DNA of 64,000 nucleotides from an uncultured Candidatus Saccharibacteria bacterium (GTDB lineage Bacteria; Patescibacteriota; Doudnabacteria; UBA920): NCBI GenBank assembly GCA_964416765.1, contig CAYQEU010000001.1, positions 276,480 to 340,479 of the forward strand, read 5' to 3'. Shown piece by piece: positions 28,370 to 37,698 of this stretch (position 1 is its first letter; each line of letters starts with the position of its first letter). The notes under the pieces were generated by a model. It saw only the letters and a program-made list of their open reading frames with translations, ran no database searches and was not told where the DNA came from. The position numbers and the translations under genes were made by a program.

Positions 28370-28513
28370 TTACTTGGCAGTATTGGCCGTATTAGCAGGG
28401 CTGGCGGAATAATAGATAAATCGGTCACCGCTGTTTCCTTGGCGGGAAACCAATAACACAGCGAAAGCTATGACGAGTATTGCTCCAATAATCCACATGC
28501 TGGTTTTGCTCAT
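28370..28513 (-). CDS. 47-aa single-TM protein
   Basis: MSKTSMWIIGAILVIAFAVLLVS...; TGCTATAAT 6 nt upstream. Confidence 0.55.
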   Translation of the reverse strand: MSKTSMWIIGAILVIAFAVLLVSRQGNSGDRFIYYSASPANTANTAK

Positions 28514-28532
28514 ATTGTTATTATAGCAAAAG

Positions 28533-30227
28533 TTAATGAAACCGCACGTGGTCGGACAATAGCGGGTCATCCTTTTTTGCCGCCAGTCTTTCTCCCGGCT
28601 CCTCTTTGAGCAAGAGGGAAGTGATAAAACCAAACACTAAAAATACCATGCCAAAAGCAATTGCGCGGCGGTTGGCCACCACGTTACTGTTGTTTATTAT
28701 TTCCGTTAACTCATCGCGAATTGGGACTTCAATTGGGCCGGAAAGGCGCGCGCTGCTACCGAACTCTACTTCACTGCTCTGGGCTTTTAGCGCCGAAACA
28801 ATATTTTCCTTGACCGGCTCCGGGATGACAGAACTGTTGTTTACCCCCAACCCAATGTTATAGGCCAGCGAGGAGATGAGAATTGACCCGATTATGGCTG
28901 AGCCAAGAGTGGAACCAATTTGTCTTATGGTGTTGGTTACTCCAGCCGCCTCGCCCGCTTCCTCTTCCGAAACGGCAGACAGGGTTAGGTTGCTGACCTG
29001 CGCCATAATGAATCCCATCCCTGCGCCAAACAGCATAAAGCCCGGAGCGATTTCCCACAACCCCGATTCGAGGTGGAGGTGGTAACGGACCAAACCAAAC
29101 CCGGCCAGTGTTATGAGCACGCCAAACTGCACCAGTCTGCGAGCCGAAATATATTTACTAAGAAAAGCCGAAAGTGGCGCGGAAATTAACAACATGACCG
29201 ACATAGGCAAAAGGGCTAAGCCGGTGTGCAGGGAATCATAATTTTTTACAGCCTGAAGAAATACTGGAATGGAAAATATCAACCCGGATTGGCTCAGAAA
29301 CAGTATCGCCGCGGTTAGTGTTCCCATCATGAACTGGCGGTTTCGGAGTAAGTCCAGCGAAACCAAAGGAGTGCGGCCGCGCTTGGCAGTGTAATATTCC
29401 CACCACATGAACAAACCGAGTAGGGCCACTCCGCCCGTTAGGAACAGGGGAGTAACGGAAAGGTTTCCCATGTTAACCGTATGGCCTACCAGAGTTAGGG
29501 GCTGATTGGCGATGAACCAACCATAAGTTGAAGTTTCCAGGAAAGCAAAAGTTATAGCTAATAGGCCCAGAGAGGAAAGGATTATGCCGACGACATCAAG
29601 GGTAGGAGCTTTGGGCCGTTTCCCTTCTTTAATAAGAAAAGTGCCAAGCAACAGAATTACGACGACCACAATGTTGATCTGGAATCCCCAGCGCCAGGAG
29701 TAATTAGTGGCGAGCCACCCGCCCAGCACCGGTCCTATGGCGGTGGAGGCGGCAGCCAGGCCTCCCCAAACGCCAAAGGCTATGGCGCGGTCCCGGCCGT
29801 GGTAATTGGCGATGAGCAAAGAAGCCGTGGCCGGCAGCATCAATGCCGCGCCCAGCCCTTCAATAATGGATTCGCCGATAATCATGGAACTGATGGAGTG
29901 GCTGAGTGAAGCGATTAGCGCCCCCGTCGCGAATAAAACAGCTCCCAGGACAAACATCTTCCGTCTGCCAAAAATATCACCCAGGCGCCCGCCCGTTATG
30001 GTAAAAGCGCCCAGGATGAGTGAATATATGGTAATAACCCACTGGATGTCTTCCAGGTTGGTATGCAAATCCACAATTATGGGCTTCAACGAAACGTTGA
30101 GCAGTGTCGTGTCAATTATGACAACGGAGAGGGCAAGCCCAAGGATAATTAAACCGCCCCATTTGTGAAATGGGGTTGGGTGGGTGCTGGGGAGAGAGTG
30201 TTCCTGGGGTACCGGATTTACTGCCAT
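28533..30227 (-). CDS. MFS drug:H+ antiporter (DHA2, EmrB/QacA-like)
   Basis: IDTTLLNVSL, GRLGDIFGRRK, GPVLGGWL, WRWGF. Confidence 0.92.
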   Translation of the reverse strand: MAVNPVPQEHSLPSTHPTPFHKWGGLIILGLALSVVIIDTTLLNVSLKPIIVDLHTNLEDIQWVITIYSLILGAFTITGGRLGDIFGRRKMFVLGAVLFATGALIASLSHSISSMIIGESIIEGLGAALMLPATASLLIANYHGRDRAIAFGVWGGLAAASTAIGPVLGGWLATNYSWRWGFQINIVVVVILLLGTFLIKEGKRPKAPTLDVVGIILSSLGLLAITFAFLETSTYGWFIANQPLTLVGHTVNMGNLSVTPLFLTGGVALLGLFMWWEYYTAKRGRTPLVSLDLLRNRQFMMGTLTAAILFLSQSGLIFSIPVFLQAVKNYDSLHTGLALLPMSVMLLISAPLSAFLSKYISARRLVQFGVLITLAGFGLVRYHLHLESGLWEIAPGFMLFGAGMGFIMAQVSNLTLSAVSEEEAGEAAGVTNTIRQIGSTLGSAIIGSILISSLAYNIGLGVNNSSVIPEPVKENIVSALKAQSSEVEFGSSARLSGPIEVPIRDELTEIINNSNVVANRRAIAFGMVFLVFGFITSLLLKEEPGERLAAKKDDPLLSDHVRFH

Positions 30228-30266
30228 TATGTACTAATGATACTATACTACTAGGATTGCTAACAA

Positions 30267-30857
30267 ATGAATCTGATCAGGAAGATAGCTAAAATAATAC
30301 TGCTTGCCATTATTGGCGCGGTGGTGCTGGGGGCGGCGTTGGACGCCGCGCTGGTTTTTGGCTGGCCTCATATTCCACAGAAAATTGATCGTGCTGACGC
30401 CATCATTATTATGGGCGCGGCCATTAACACCCCAGCGCTGTATAACCGGACCATGGAGGGGTTGAAATTATACAATGAAGGCAAGGCTCCCGTGATGATT
30501 CTTTCCGGCGGCCGGATTTCTGACGCCGATATTTCCGAAGCCCAGTACATGCAAAAAGTTATCAGGCAGAATTCGGAAAAAGAGCCAAACATGATTCTGG
30601 AACAATCTTCCCATAACACCCTGGAGAACATCAGGAATTCAAAAGCCAAGTTACCAAAAGCCAAAAGCGTGATTATTGTATCGGACGAATTTCATATCGC
30701 GCGGGCGGTGCTGACGGCGCGAAGCAACGGGTTCGATGATGTCTATTGGAGTTATCCTGAACCAAATTATTATTCCAAGCCGGAACTGCGCAAATATTAT
30801 TTCCGCGAAATGGCGGCGATGATTAGTTATTTTCCTGATTTTTTCAGTAAGCGGTAA
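30267..30857 (+). CDS. YdcF/DUF218 family protein
   Basis: ADAIIIMG, LSGG, SEAQYM, SHNTLEN, VSDEFHIARA. Confidence 0.88.
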   Translation: MNLIRKIAKIILLAIIGAVVLGAALDAALVFGWPHIPQKIDRADAIIIMGAAINTPALYNRTMEGLKLYNEGKAPVMILSGGRISDADISEAQYMQKVIRQNSEKEPNMILEQSSHNTLENIRNSKAKLPKAKSVIIVSDEFHIARAVLTARSNGFDDVYWSYPEPNYYSKPELRKYYFREMAAMISYFPDFFSKR

Positions 30858-30963
30858 GCGTCGGGGGAATATGATTTTCACCTTGATTGTGCTATACTTG
30901 CACCGTTTCCAAACCGACAGAAATGCGGAGCGGAAACGTATTTTATCAAGGGGGAATTTCGTT

Positions 30964-31185
30964 ATGGGTCTGATGACTCGTAAAACTAAAATTAACGCTG
31001 CCCGAGTGCTGGGGCAGTTGGACGACGACAATGTCGAGGACACCCGGAAAACAATCCGGTACGTTCCTCGATTTGAAGAGGGAGAAGAATTGCCTGGTTC
31101 GGCTTCGGCTGACCAACAGACGTACACATATTTGGTGCGTCGGCACCACACTCCCACTAGCGCTGGCTATTTTATGCCAGCATAA
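30964..31185 (+). CDS. Small hypothetical protein
   Basis: AAGGGGG RBS before ATG 30964; downstream hairpin. Confidence 0.45.
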   Translation: MGLMTRKTKINAARVLGQLDDDNVEDTRKTIRYVPRFEEGEELPGSASADQQTYTYLVRRHHTPTSAGYFMPA

Positions 31186-31258
31186 CCACAAACAACCGTC
31201 AAAGGGCAAGGGGCGCCAAATCTTCGGAGGAGGCGCTTTTATCATACGCCGAGGCTTT

Positions 31259-31287
31259 TTGACAAAATATGAACCTTTTGGTATAAT
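31259..31287 (+). promoter_or_regulatory. Sigma70 promoter of rplJL
   Basis: TTGACA-N17-TATAAT. Confidence 0.85.
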
Positions 31288-31303
31288 TTCATTAATTAAA
31301 TAT

Positions 31304-31375
31304 CCCATGACAGTTGGCGGCCAGCAGGCCATAATCCGCAAAGCTTTATAGCTAGACGCGGCAAGCCCACCGAGG
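31304..31375 (+). ncRNA. Ribosomal protein L10 leader
   Basis: CCCATGACAGTTGG...CCCACCGAGG resembles the L10-leader pattern (xxGAxGACAG..GG / CC..CCGAGG) and lies directly upstream of rplJ. Confidence 0.7.
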
Positions 31376-31490
31376 AACAAAGACTGCTTTCAGCAGGTCT
31401 ATATTGTACTCGGGAAACCGAGTTTTATTTTTCTCTACAATTTGGGTATTTAAGCAAGTAAAGGTCGAGATAGATAAGAAAGTACTATAT

Positions 31491-32003
31491 ATGTCAAAAA
31501 CGAAAGCCCAAAAAGAACAGGATTTGCAGGAATTAGTCGAACGGCTAAAGAATGCCAAATCCGTTGTAATGTCCGAATACCGAGGCACTACCGTAAAAGA
31601 CATCGACGCGTTTCGCCGTGCGCTTTCCGTTGAAAATGTTAAGAGCAAAGTATACAAAATTACTTTGATTAACAAAGCGCTGAAAGAAAACGGGATTGAC
31701 GCGGCGGTTGATTACAAAACACCGGTGATTCTTTCAACCTCTGAAGAGGAAGAAACTACCCCGGCCCGTCTGGTCAAGAAGATGTCCGGAACCATTCCGA
31801 CCATCCATATCTTGAGCGGTATTGTGGACAACCAGCTTGTTGGCAAAGAACAAGTTCTGGCCTTGGCAGACCTGCCAAGCAAGGAACAGCTCCGCGCCCA
31901 GGTTGTTGGCACTATTAACGCTCCTGTCACTGGTTTCGTTAACGTATTGGCAGGAAACTTGCGCGGCTTGATCAATGTGCTCAACGCTGTCGCTCAGAAA
32001 TAA
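31491..32003 (+). CDS. rplJ: 50S ribosomal protein L10
   Basis: MSKTKAQKEQ...EYRGTTV...LADLPSKEQLRAQVVG. Confidence 0.95.
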   Translation: MSKTKAQKEQDLQELVERLKNAKSVVMSEYRGTTVKDIDAFRRALSVENVKSKVYKITLINKALKENGIDAAVDYKTPVILSTSEEEETTPARLVKKMSGTIPTIHILSGIVDNQLVGKEQVLALADLPSKEQLRAQVVGTINAPVTGFVNVLAGNLRGLINVLNAVAQK

Positions 32004-32024
32004 TTAAGAAAGGAATTATCACAA

Positions 32025-32438
32025 ATGGCTGATGAAGAAAAGACTTCAGTAGAAGTCCCGGAAAAGTTCAAGTCTTTGGTTGAATCCATTGAAAAACTTT
32101 CCGTTTTGGAACTCTCCGAATTAGTTAAAGTATTAGAAGATAAGTTTGGTGTATCCGCTGCCGCTCCCATGATGATGGGCGCTATGCCTGCGGGTGCTGG
32201 CGCCGGTGCTGGTGCTGCTGAAGAAAAGACTGAATTCACAGTTGAGTTGACCTCTGCTGGTGAAAACAAGATCAACGTTATTAAGGTAGTTCGCGAAGTT
32301 ACCGGACTTGGTTTGAAAGAAGCCAAGGACATCGTAGACGCAGCTCCTAAGGTAGTTAAGGAAAACGTTGCTAAAGCTGAAGCTGATGATCTTAAAGCTA
32401 AGATCGAAGAAGCTGGCGGTACCGTTACCCTGAAGTAA
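32025..32438 (+). CDS. rplL: 50S ribosomal protein L7/L12
   Basis: [30 protein letters not shown]. Confidence 0.98.
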   Translation: MADEEKTSVEVPEKFKSLVESIEKLSVLELSELVKVLEDKFGVSAAAPMMMGAMPAGAGAGAGAAEEKTEFTVELTSAGENKINVIKVVREVTGLGLKEAKDIVDAAPKVVKENVAKAEADDLKAKIEEAGGTVTLK

Positions 32439-32450
32439 TAACTTCTATTG

Positions 32451-32477
32451 AAAGACCCTCGCGAGAGGGTCTTTTTT
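32451..32477 (+). terminator. Terminator after rplL
   Basis: aaagaccctc-gcga-gagggtctttttt. Confidence 0.85.
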
Positions 32478-32505
32478 ATTGCCTAAAATATGCTATTCTA
32501 GAATT

Positions 32506-32814
32506 ATGATGAATGAAACACAGCACGGCGAAATGCCGGAAAGCCGCCTCGGGGAGATTATTCCTTTCTATGACGGCTTGCGTCAGCAGGTGAACGCCAT
32601 CACTTTTCACAATCTTAAGATGCCTTTTCTGCTCGAGTTCCAAAAGGCCCACCCGGATTATGGCGATTACAAGCTCTACCATATGCTTATTGGAAGCAGT
32701 AATTATAAAGGAGATTCCGAGATGGAGCTTGATACTGCCGATGGCACGCTGGAAAATTTTATCCGCCACACCTTACCAAATCTGATTGAACAAGAAAATA
32801 ACCCGGCTGAGTAG
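32506..32814 (+). CDS. Hypothetical protein
   Basis: ORF from MMNETQ; -10-like element just upstream. Confidence 0.55.
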   Translation: MMNETQHGEMPESRLGEIIPFYDGLRQQVNAITFHNLKMPFLLEFQKAHPDYGDYKLYHMLIGSSNYKGDSEMELDTADGTLENFIRHTLPNLIEQENNPAE

Positions 32815-32818
32815 CGGG

Positions 32819-33397
32819 TTATTTTATTTCGTCAAAAGTAAATTTTTCCAATTCCCAAACGTTTATCCCATAACGTTCTTTCAGGACAAACCCGGCGGTT
32901 AACATTTCCGCGTCTTCCCATTTAAACCCGAGCTTTTCCGCGGCTGCTTTTATGCTGGCTTCATTGGGGCCTTCGATTTCCAGGTAAACCGGAACATTGC
33001 CTGGCCAGGTGTCTATGTCGATTTGAGTGTCGTCCAATGTAAACGAATGGCGCAGTTTTTCCTGCCGGCGGGAAAGCCGCAGCCCCACGGCCTGCAGGAA
33101 TTTTTCCACTTGTCCCGCGTCATTGGCTTCAAACTCAATTTCATCCACTTCCATGCCGCGGCGCGTGGCAATACTTTTGTGAGCGACATATACCCTGTCG
33201 CCTTTTGTCCGTATCCGTACCCAGACGTCGCCTTCGGGACGGTCATCATCTTTGGGGTAGAAAATAACCTCGGTCAAAAGAGTTTCTCCGAGGTCTTGTG
33301 CGCCCAGCTGATTCAGTTTTTCTAGGACTGCCGCTTTGTCGATTTCGAGGAATTTTACTTCCCGCTCGATGTTGTCGTTGTTTGGATTCGAATCCAT
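32819..33397 (-). CDS. CYTH-domain (class IV adenylate cyclase-like) protein
   Basis: IEREVKF, WVRIR, EIEF, QEKLR, YLEIEG. Confidence 0.85.
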   Translation of the reverse strand: MDSNPNNDNIEREVKFLEIDKAAVLEKLNQLGAQDLGETLLTEVIFYPKDDDRPEGDVWVRIRTKGDRVYVAHKSIATRRGMEVDEIEFEANDAGQVEKFLQAVGLRLSRRQEKLRHSFTLDDTQIDIDTWPGNVPVYLEIEGPNEASIKAAAEKLGFKWEDAEMLTAGFVLKERYGINVWELEKFTFDEIK

Positions 33398-33398
33398 T

Positions 33399-35480
33399 CT
33401 AGTAGGTAATGTTGAACTTAAGCAGGCTCGTCCCATTCAAAACGAAAATGAGTTTGTTTTTCTCATCAACCGTGAAGTCTTTCAGGTTGTTGAACTGGTC
33501 GCTCGTGTAGCTGATTTGCAGGGCTCCCGCGTCAGCTCCATTCTTTTTTATGACCAAAATAGTTTTATTTTGCCGGTCGAGCACGTATAAATAATTGAAC
33601 CCGTTCTCGGTGTAAAGTTTCAAATTGCCCGAGAGGGGAGAGGCGAGGTTGAGTTTGAAGTCCTGCTGTTTGCCTGATTGGAATTTGAGGATATTCCCGC
33701 TCGATAAAGCGACGTAGATATTTCCGTCAATCGCCATGTCTACAGCGCCTGACAACTGATCATTGGTAACGGATACCGTAGGTTTTGACACACCCTGCGC
33801 CCCGACGGCGTAGCTTGTGACGGTCTTGGCGGACTTGTTGATTATGTAAACCTTGCTGTTTACGGGGTAAGCTCTTAACCCGCCAAAATTGTCCTTGCCG
33901 GGCACGCTATCACCAAACGGAGAGCTAAGAATGCCGGTAGTCGGGTTCCAAGCGAATAATTCGCTGCCATTGTATATAACCGCGAGGTTATCCTTGAGGG
34001 CGGAGCTGTCCGCCACCGATTCGCTGGAGCGCAGCGCGTTATCTTCAACCTTACCAGTACTGCGGTTATATGACACAATGGTCCGGTTCGTTTCTGTAGC
34101 CAGGGTGGATGGCAGGACAATTAGGTTATCGGAATTGCTCAGGGTTGCGACTGAAGAGGGATTTACCGGTGTTTTCTTGTCCAGTTTGTTTAACAATTCA
34201 GTGTCGGCTTTGCGCACGTCGGCCAGTTGGGATTCATGCTCCTTGTCGTTTTCATAGGCTTTAAGGTCATTAGTGAGCTGGTTGGTGAGTTCTCTCGCCT
34301 TAGTTAAGTCGTTGTAAATCAAAGCAGAGTTCGCGTCGGTGGCCAGCTTTTGCATTTCGGTTAGTTTATTCTGGAAATCGCTGGTGGAGGTTTTGGATAC
34401 CTTCAAGCGGTGGCTTACCGCTATATTTATGATGAGCACCGCCAAAAATAGCAGAGCGCAAACGAAGAAAAACTTCTTTTGCCATGAGAAATTTCGGAAA
34501 GTGCTGGGGTGGAGCTGCTTGCGGGCCCGCTGGAACCGTTCGGTCATGAGTCCCATATTGGGTTTGCTGGCGAAGGAACGAACATTTTCCATGGTTGGTT
34601 TTGGCATGCGTCCGGCACCGCGGCGGATGGCGTCAATACTGCGGACGGAATATTTCTTAATTTGGACTCCCACGTTTTTTAGGTGGTCCATAGCCGATTT
34701 ATTTTCCCGTTCAATGTAGCGGTCCTGCAGTTCACCAACTGACACGGCGCTCCGGTCCACCTCATTCATCGGTTCAGTAATATAGTTGGCCAAGTCCACT
34801 TCACCCTCGGCTTCCTCGCCCGGTTCAATTTGCAAAGCAAAAATCGTGCCGAAGGCCACTTCGGGCCCGGCGTTGTCGCGCAGGATTTCAATAATTTCCG
34901 TGGCGGCTTCACCAAGCAAAGCATCTTCCAGGACGTTTTGGAGCCGGTCAATGGAAATATGGTTGAACAATTGGTTTGTGGAAAGTATGACCAGATCGTC
35001 CAGGCGCAAAGTTCCCACGGAAAGGTTTTCAAAAGTTTTTAGCGGATGGCGTGGCGGTTCGCTTTCCGTGATTGGGTTAAAGCGCCCGTCACGCAAAAGC
35101 AGTCCCGTCATTTTACCGGTGGAAGCAATGTATAAAGTTGAACCGGTCTTTACCGCAACAATCGCGTTTAGCTTGCCAATCCAGTGGGTCTTGCCAATTA
35201 GCGCCAGTTTACCAAGCTCTTCGTTGATGTGAGCAAGGGTGTTTTCAAACGTCGAATCGTTTACCAGCGAACGGTAACCCCGGCGCATAGCCGCGGCAAT
35301 TGCCTCGCAGATTCTTTGGCAGTCCGCGCTGGCTGCCGGGTTAAGCATAGGCAACTCGCACACCGCATACAGCTCGCTTTCGGTGGCGTCAACTTTTTCC
35401 GCCATGACAAAAACGTAGGTATTGGCCTGGCGCGGGTTGGCGATGTTTATTTTTGCAACTTGTGTTTCCAGTTCGGTCAT
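33399..35480 (-). CDS. Membrane-anchored protein, PP2C-like N-terminus and beta-propeller-like C-terminus
   Basis: Central TM; LRLDDLVILST; DMAIDGNIYV repeats. Confidence 0.6.
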   Translation of the reverse strand: MTELETQVAKINIANPRQANTYVFVMAEKVDATESELYAVCELPMLNPAASADCQRICEAIAAAMRRGYRSLVNDSTFENTLAHINEELGKLALIGKTHWIGKLNAIVAVKTGSTLYIASTGKMTGLLLRDGRFNPITESEPPRHPLKTFENLSVGTLRLDDLVILSTNQLFNHISIDRLQNVLEDALLGEAATEIIEILRDNAGPEVAFGTIFALQIEPGEEAEGEVDLANYITEPMNEVDRSAVSVGELQDRYIERENKSAMDHLKNVGVQIKKYSVRSIDAIRRGAGRMPKPTMENVRSFASKPNMGLMTERFQRARKQLHPSTFRNFSWQKKFFFVCALLFLAVLIINIAVSHRLKVSKTSTSDFQNKLTEMQKLATDANSALIYNDLTKARELTNQLTNDLKAYENDKEHESQLADVRKADTELLNKLDKKTPVNPSSVATLSNSDNLIVLPSTLATETNRTIVSYNRSTGKVEDNALRSSESVADSSALKDNLAVIYNGSELFAWNPTTGILSSPFGDSVPGKDNFGGLRAYPVNSKVYIINKSAKTVTSYAVGAQGVSKPTVSVTNDQLSGAVDMAIDGNIYVALSSGNILKFQSGKQQDFKLNLASPLSGNLKLYTENGFNYLYVLDRQNKTILVIKKNGADAGALQISYTSDQFNNLKDFTVDEKNKLIFVLNGTSLLKFNITY

Positions 35481-35526
35481 ATCTTAGGTAATTATACTAT
35501 AAAAGAGTGTGATATAATAGCGATAT

Positions 35527-36123
35527 ATGACAACTCTTGCCTCGCTGGAAGTTATCCTTTCTTCAAACCAAAAATCAGCTCTTTTGGCTTTTCTAATGCT
35601 CGCCCCCGAGCGCTATTTTTCCACGGTGGAAATGGCCCGCCGCATTGGCTTGTCCACCTCCACAGTAGCGACCCTGCTCCAGCAGTTTTCACGCGATAAG
35701 TTGGTTAAGTCCGCCACGCGCGGCCGCGCTAAAGTATACGCTTTCAATCCTAAGCACGAATTAGCTGGCGAGATGCGCAGCTGGTTAAAAAACCACGGCG
35801 GCAAGTACGAAGATGAATTATTCACGGCCCTTGCAAAAGTGGGGGAGGTAAAAGCCGTATTTTTGTCTGGTATTTTTTCCGGCCAGCCCCAGCTTCCGGT
35901 GGACATCTTGATTGTCGGGAAAGTTAACTTAAAAAAACTTGATACCTTTTTGGAGCAGTGCAACAAGATGATGGGAACGGAGATCAATTATAGTATTATG
36001 TCGGAAGGGGAGTTCAAGATCCGGCGTGATACGTTTGACCGGTTTATCAAAGATATCTTTGATTATCCTCACGTAACAGTGCTGGATAAAATTAAAAAGC
36101 CGAAAGCGGCCCCAACCATATGA
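35527..36123 (+). CDS. Winged-HTH protein with nucleotidyltransferase-like domain
   Basis: EMARRIGLSTSTV (HTH); FLSGIF...VDILIVG. Confidence 0.7.
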   Translation: MTTLASLEVILSSNQKSALLAFLMLAPERYFSTVEMARRIGLSTSTVATLLQQFSRDKLVKSATRGRAKVYAFNPKHELAGEMRSWLKNHGGKYEDELFTALAKVGEVKAVFLSGIFSGQPQLPVDILIVGKVNLKKLDTFLEQCNKMMGTEINYSIMSEGEFKIRRDTFDRFIKDIFDYPHVTVLDKIKKPKAAPTI

Positions 36124-36368
36124 ACCTCTTCGACTTGAGCGCGATAGAAAAGTTATACCTGCAATTCCTGGCGAATTTCCCGCCAGTGGTGCAGCCCATA
36201 ATTTCTTTATTGCTGGCAGCGTTAATTGTTTACGCTGTAATCCAGGTTATCAAGAAAGATTTTGTTTACCTGATCCTGGTGGTGATTTTGCTCCCCGCGT
36301 CCATCCCGATCTTAAAAAATATTGTGGACAGCATAATACAGCTCATAACTTTCTTGATCCATCGCTAA
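36120..36368 (+). CDS. Small membrane protein
   Basis: Hydrophobic; 4-nt overlap with the upstream gene. Confidence 0.65.
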   Translation: MNLFDLSAIEKLYLQFLANFPPVVQPIISLLLAALIVYAVIQVIKKDFVYLILVVILLPASIPILKNIVDSIIQLITFLIHR

Positions 36369-36429
36369 TATAAAAAACCGACCGGAAACGCTTATCGCAT
36401 CTCCGGTCTTTTCAAACCCATCTTGGCCG

Positions 36430-36627
36430 CTAAACCGCGACAGATTGTACCACGAGTGGTTCATTTACAACCTGCTGGCTGTGAATGAATGTTAATGGGG
36501 CACTGCATACCTGGCATTTATAGTCGCCAGGGACAACATTAAGGTTCCACTTATTGCAACGCGGGCAACTAGCGTCATCCTCTTTGTCGATGTAGGCAAT
36601 TTCCCTATTGGCTTCGGCATTTTGCAT
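36430..36627 (-). CDS. Small zinc-ribbon protein
   Basis: CPRC...CQVC; AGGAG upstream of MQNAE. Confidence 0.5.
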   Translation of the reverse strand: MQNAEANREIAYIDKEDDASCPRCNKWNLNVVPGDYKCQVCSAPLTFIHSQQVVNEPLVVQSVAV

Positions 36628-36710
36628 CGTGAGCGCTCTCCTGATTCCCCCTTGTCTATGCATACAGTGTAGCAAAAAATAGTTGTGGATAACTTTTATT
36701 AGTGTAACCC

Positions 36711-36739
36711 TTGACATGGGGTATACGATCGTATACTAT
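36711..36739 (+). promoter_or_regulatory. lexA promoter containing a 16-bp palindrome
   Basis: TTGACA-N17-TACTAT with GTATACGATCGTATAC at 36721-36736. Confidence 0.7.
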
Positions 36740-36759
36740 GAAATTACTAATGACTTTTT

Positions 36760-37371
36760 ATGTCACTTACCGAAAGACAAAACCAACTTCTCAAATATAT
36801 AGTGGAGCAAATCCGGGATTATAACCTTCCCCCGTCCTTGTCAGAAATGGCCGAGTTCCTGGGCGTGAAGTCAAAACGCGCTGCCGCCAAGCATCTGGAA
36901 GCCCTGGAAGAGGGCGGGTACATTAAGACTTCAGGCAAAGCCAGGGGAATTACCGTCCTAAACAGCATGCGCGAAAGCCTTGAGAAAGGTTTGATCCGGG
37001 TGCCTATACTGGGAAACATCCAAGCCGGTTCACCGCACATGGCTGAAGAGCACATTGAAGACTGGATTAACCTCCCCCAGACACTCGTTCGTGGAAGACG
37101 GGACGTATTCGTCCTCAAAGTCAGGGGAGACAGCATGGTTAACGCAGGGATATTTGAAGGGGATTTGGTCATTGTGCGGCCCACCCGTGAAGCCAAAAAT
37201 AATGATATTGTCGTCGCCCTTCTCCATGACGAAGCCACGGTAAAGCGGTTTATCCAAATCAAGAACCGGGCTTACCTGAAAGCCGAGAACCCGGACTACG
37301 CCAACATTTACCCGAAAGAAGAGTGGATGATCCAGGGCAAAGTCGTGGGGGTCATAAGAAACTTAGAATAA
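36760..37371 (+). CDS. lexA: LexA repressor
   Basis: LTERQ, PPSLSEMA, GNIQAG cleavage site, GDSM, EATVKR. Confidence 0.95.
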   Translation: MSLTERQNQLLKYIVEQIRDYNLPPSLSEMAEFLGVKSKRAAAKHLEALEEGGYIKTSGKARGITVLNSMRESLEKGLIRVPILGNIQAGSPHMAEEHIEDWINLPQTLVRGRRDVFVLKVRGDSMVNAGIFEGDLVIVRPTREAKNNDIVVALLHDEATVKRFIQIKNRAYLKAENPDYANIYPKEEWMIQGKVVGVIRNLE

Positions 37372-37394
37372 ATATATAAATTAAAGTTAAAGCC

Positions 37395-37574
37395 ATGTCA
37401 GAATTAGAAAGGTCAAAAAACAAAATCGTCACCCAGCTCCAGGGTCTGTGCGCCCACTGCGCCGCCGGCCGGGAGCACGACTGCCCCGTCCAGCAGATTG
37501 CCCGTGAGATCAAAGCCATCTCCGGCATCCCTCTACTGGTCAACAACGAGTTTAGGGGAGTGGTGTGGCAATGA
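37395..37574 (+). CDS. 59-aa putative metal-binding protein
   Basis: MSELERSKNKIVTQLQGLCAHCAAGREHDCPVQQ...; below the ORF-track cutoff. Confidence 0.6.
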   Translation: MSELERSKNKIVTQLQGLCAHCAAGREHDCPVQQIAREIKAISGIPLLVNNEFRGVVWQ

Positions 37575-37576
37575 TG

Positions 37577-37641
37577 ATAAAACACATTCCCTTCCTCACT
37601 TAGCGGAGGCACCGAATCGTTCGGAAGGGAATGTGTTTTAT
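37577..37641. repeat. 19-bp perfect inverted repeat around a conserved 27-nt loop (copy 2)
   Basis: ataaaacacattcccttcc-TCACTTAGCGGAGGCACCGAATCGTTC-ggaagggaatgtgttttat. Confidence 0.85.
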
Positions 37642-37698
37642 AAAGAGGAACACATCAAAAATCGCTTCGCAGGGCGATTTTTTGTTATGATTAATAAT

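Noticed and set aside
36684-36692. DnaA box TGTGGATAA as a replication origin
   Set aside because: Single box, with no cluster and no dnaA nearby.
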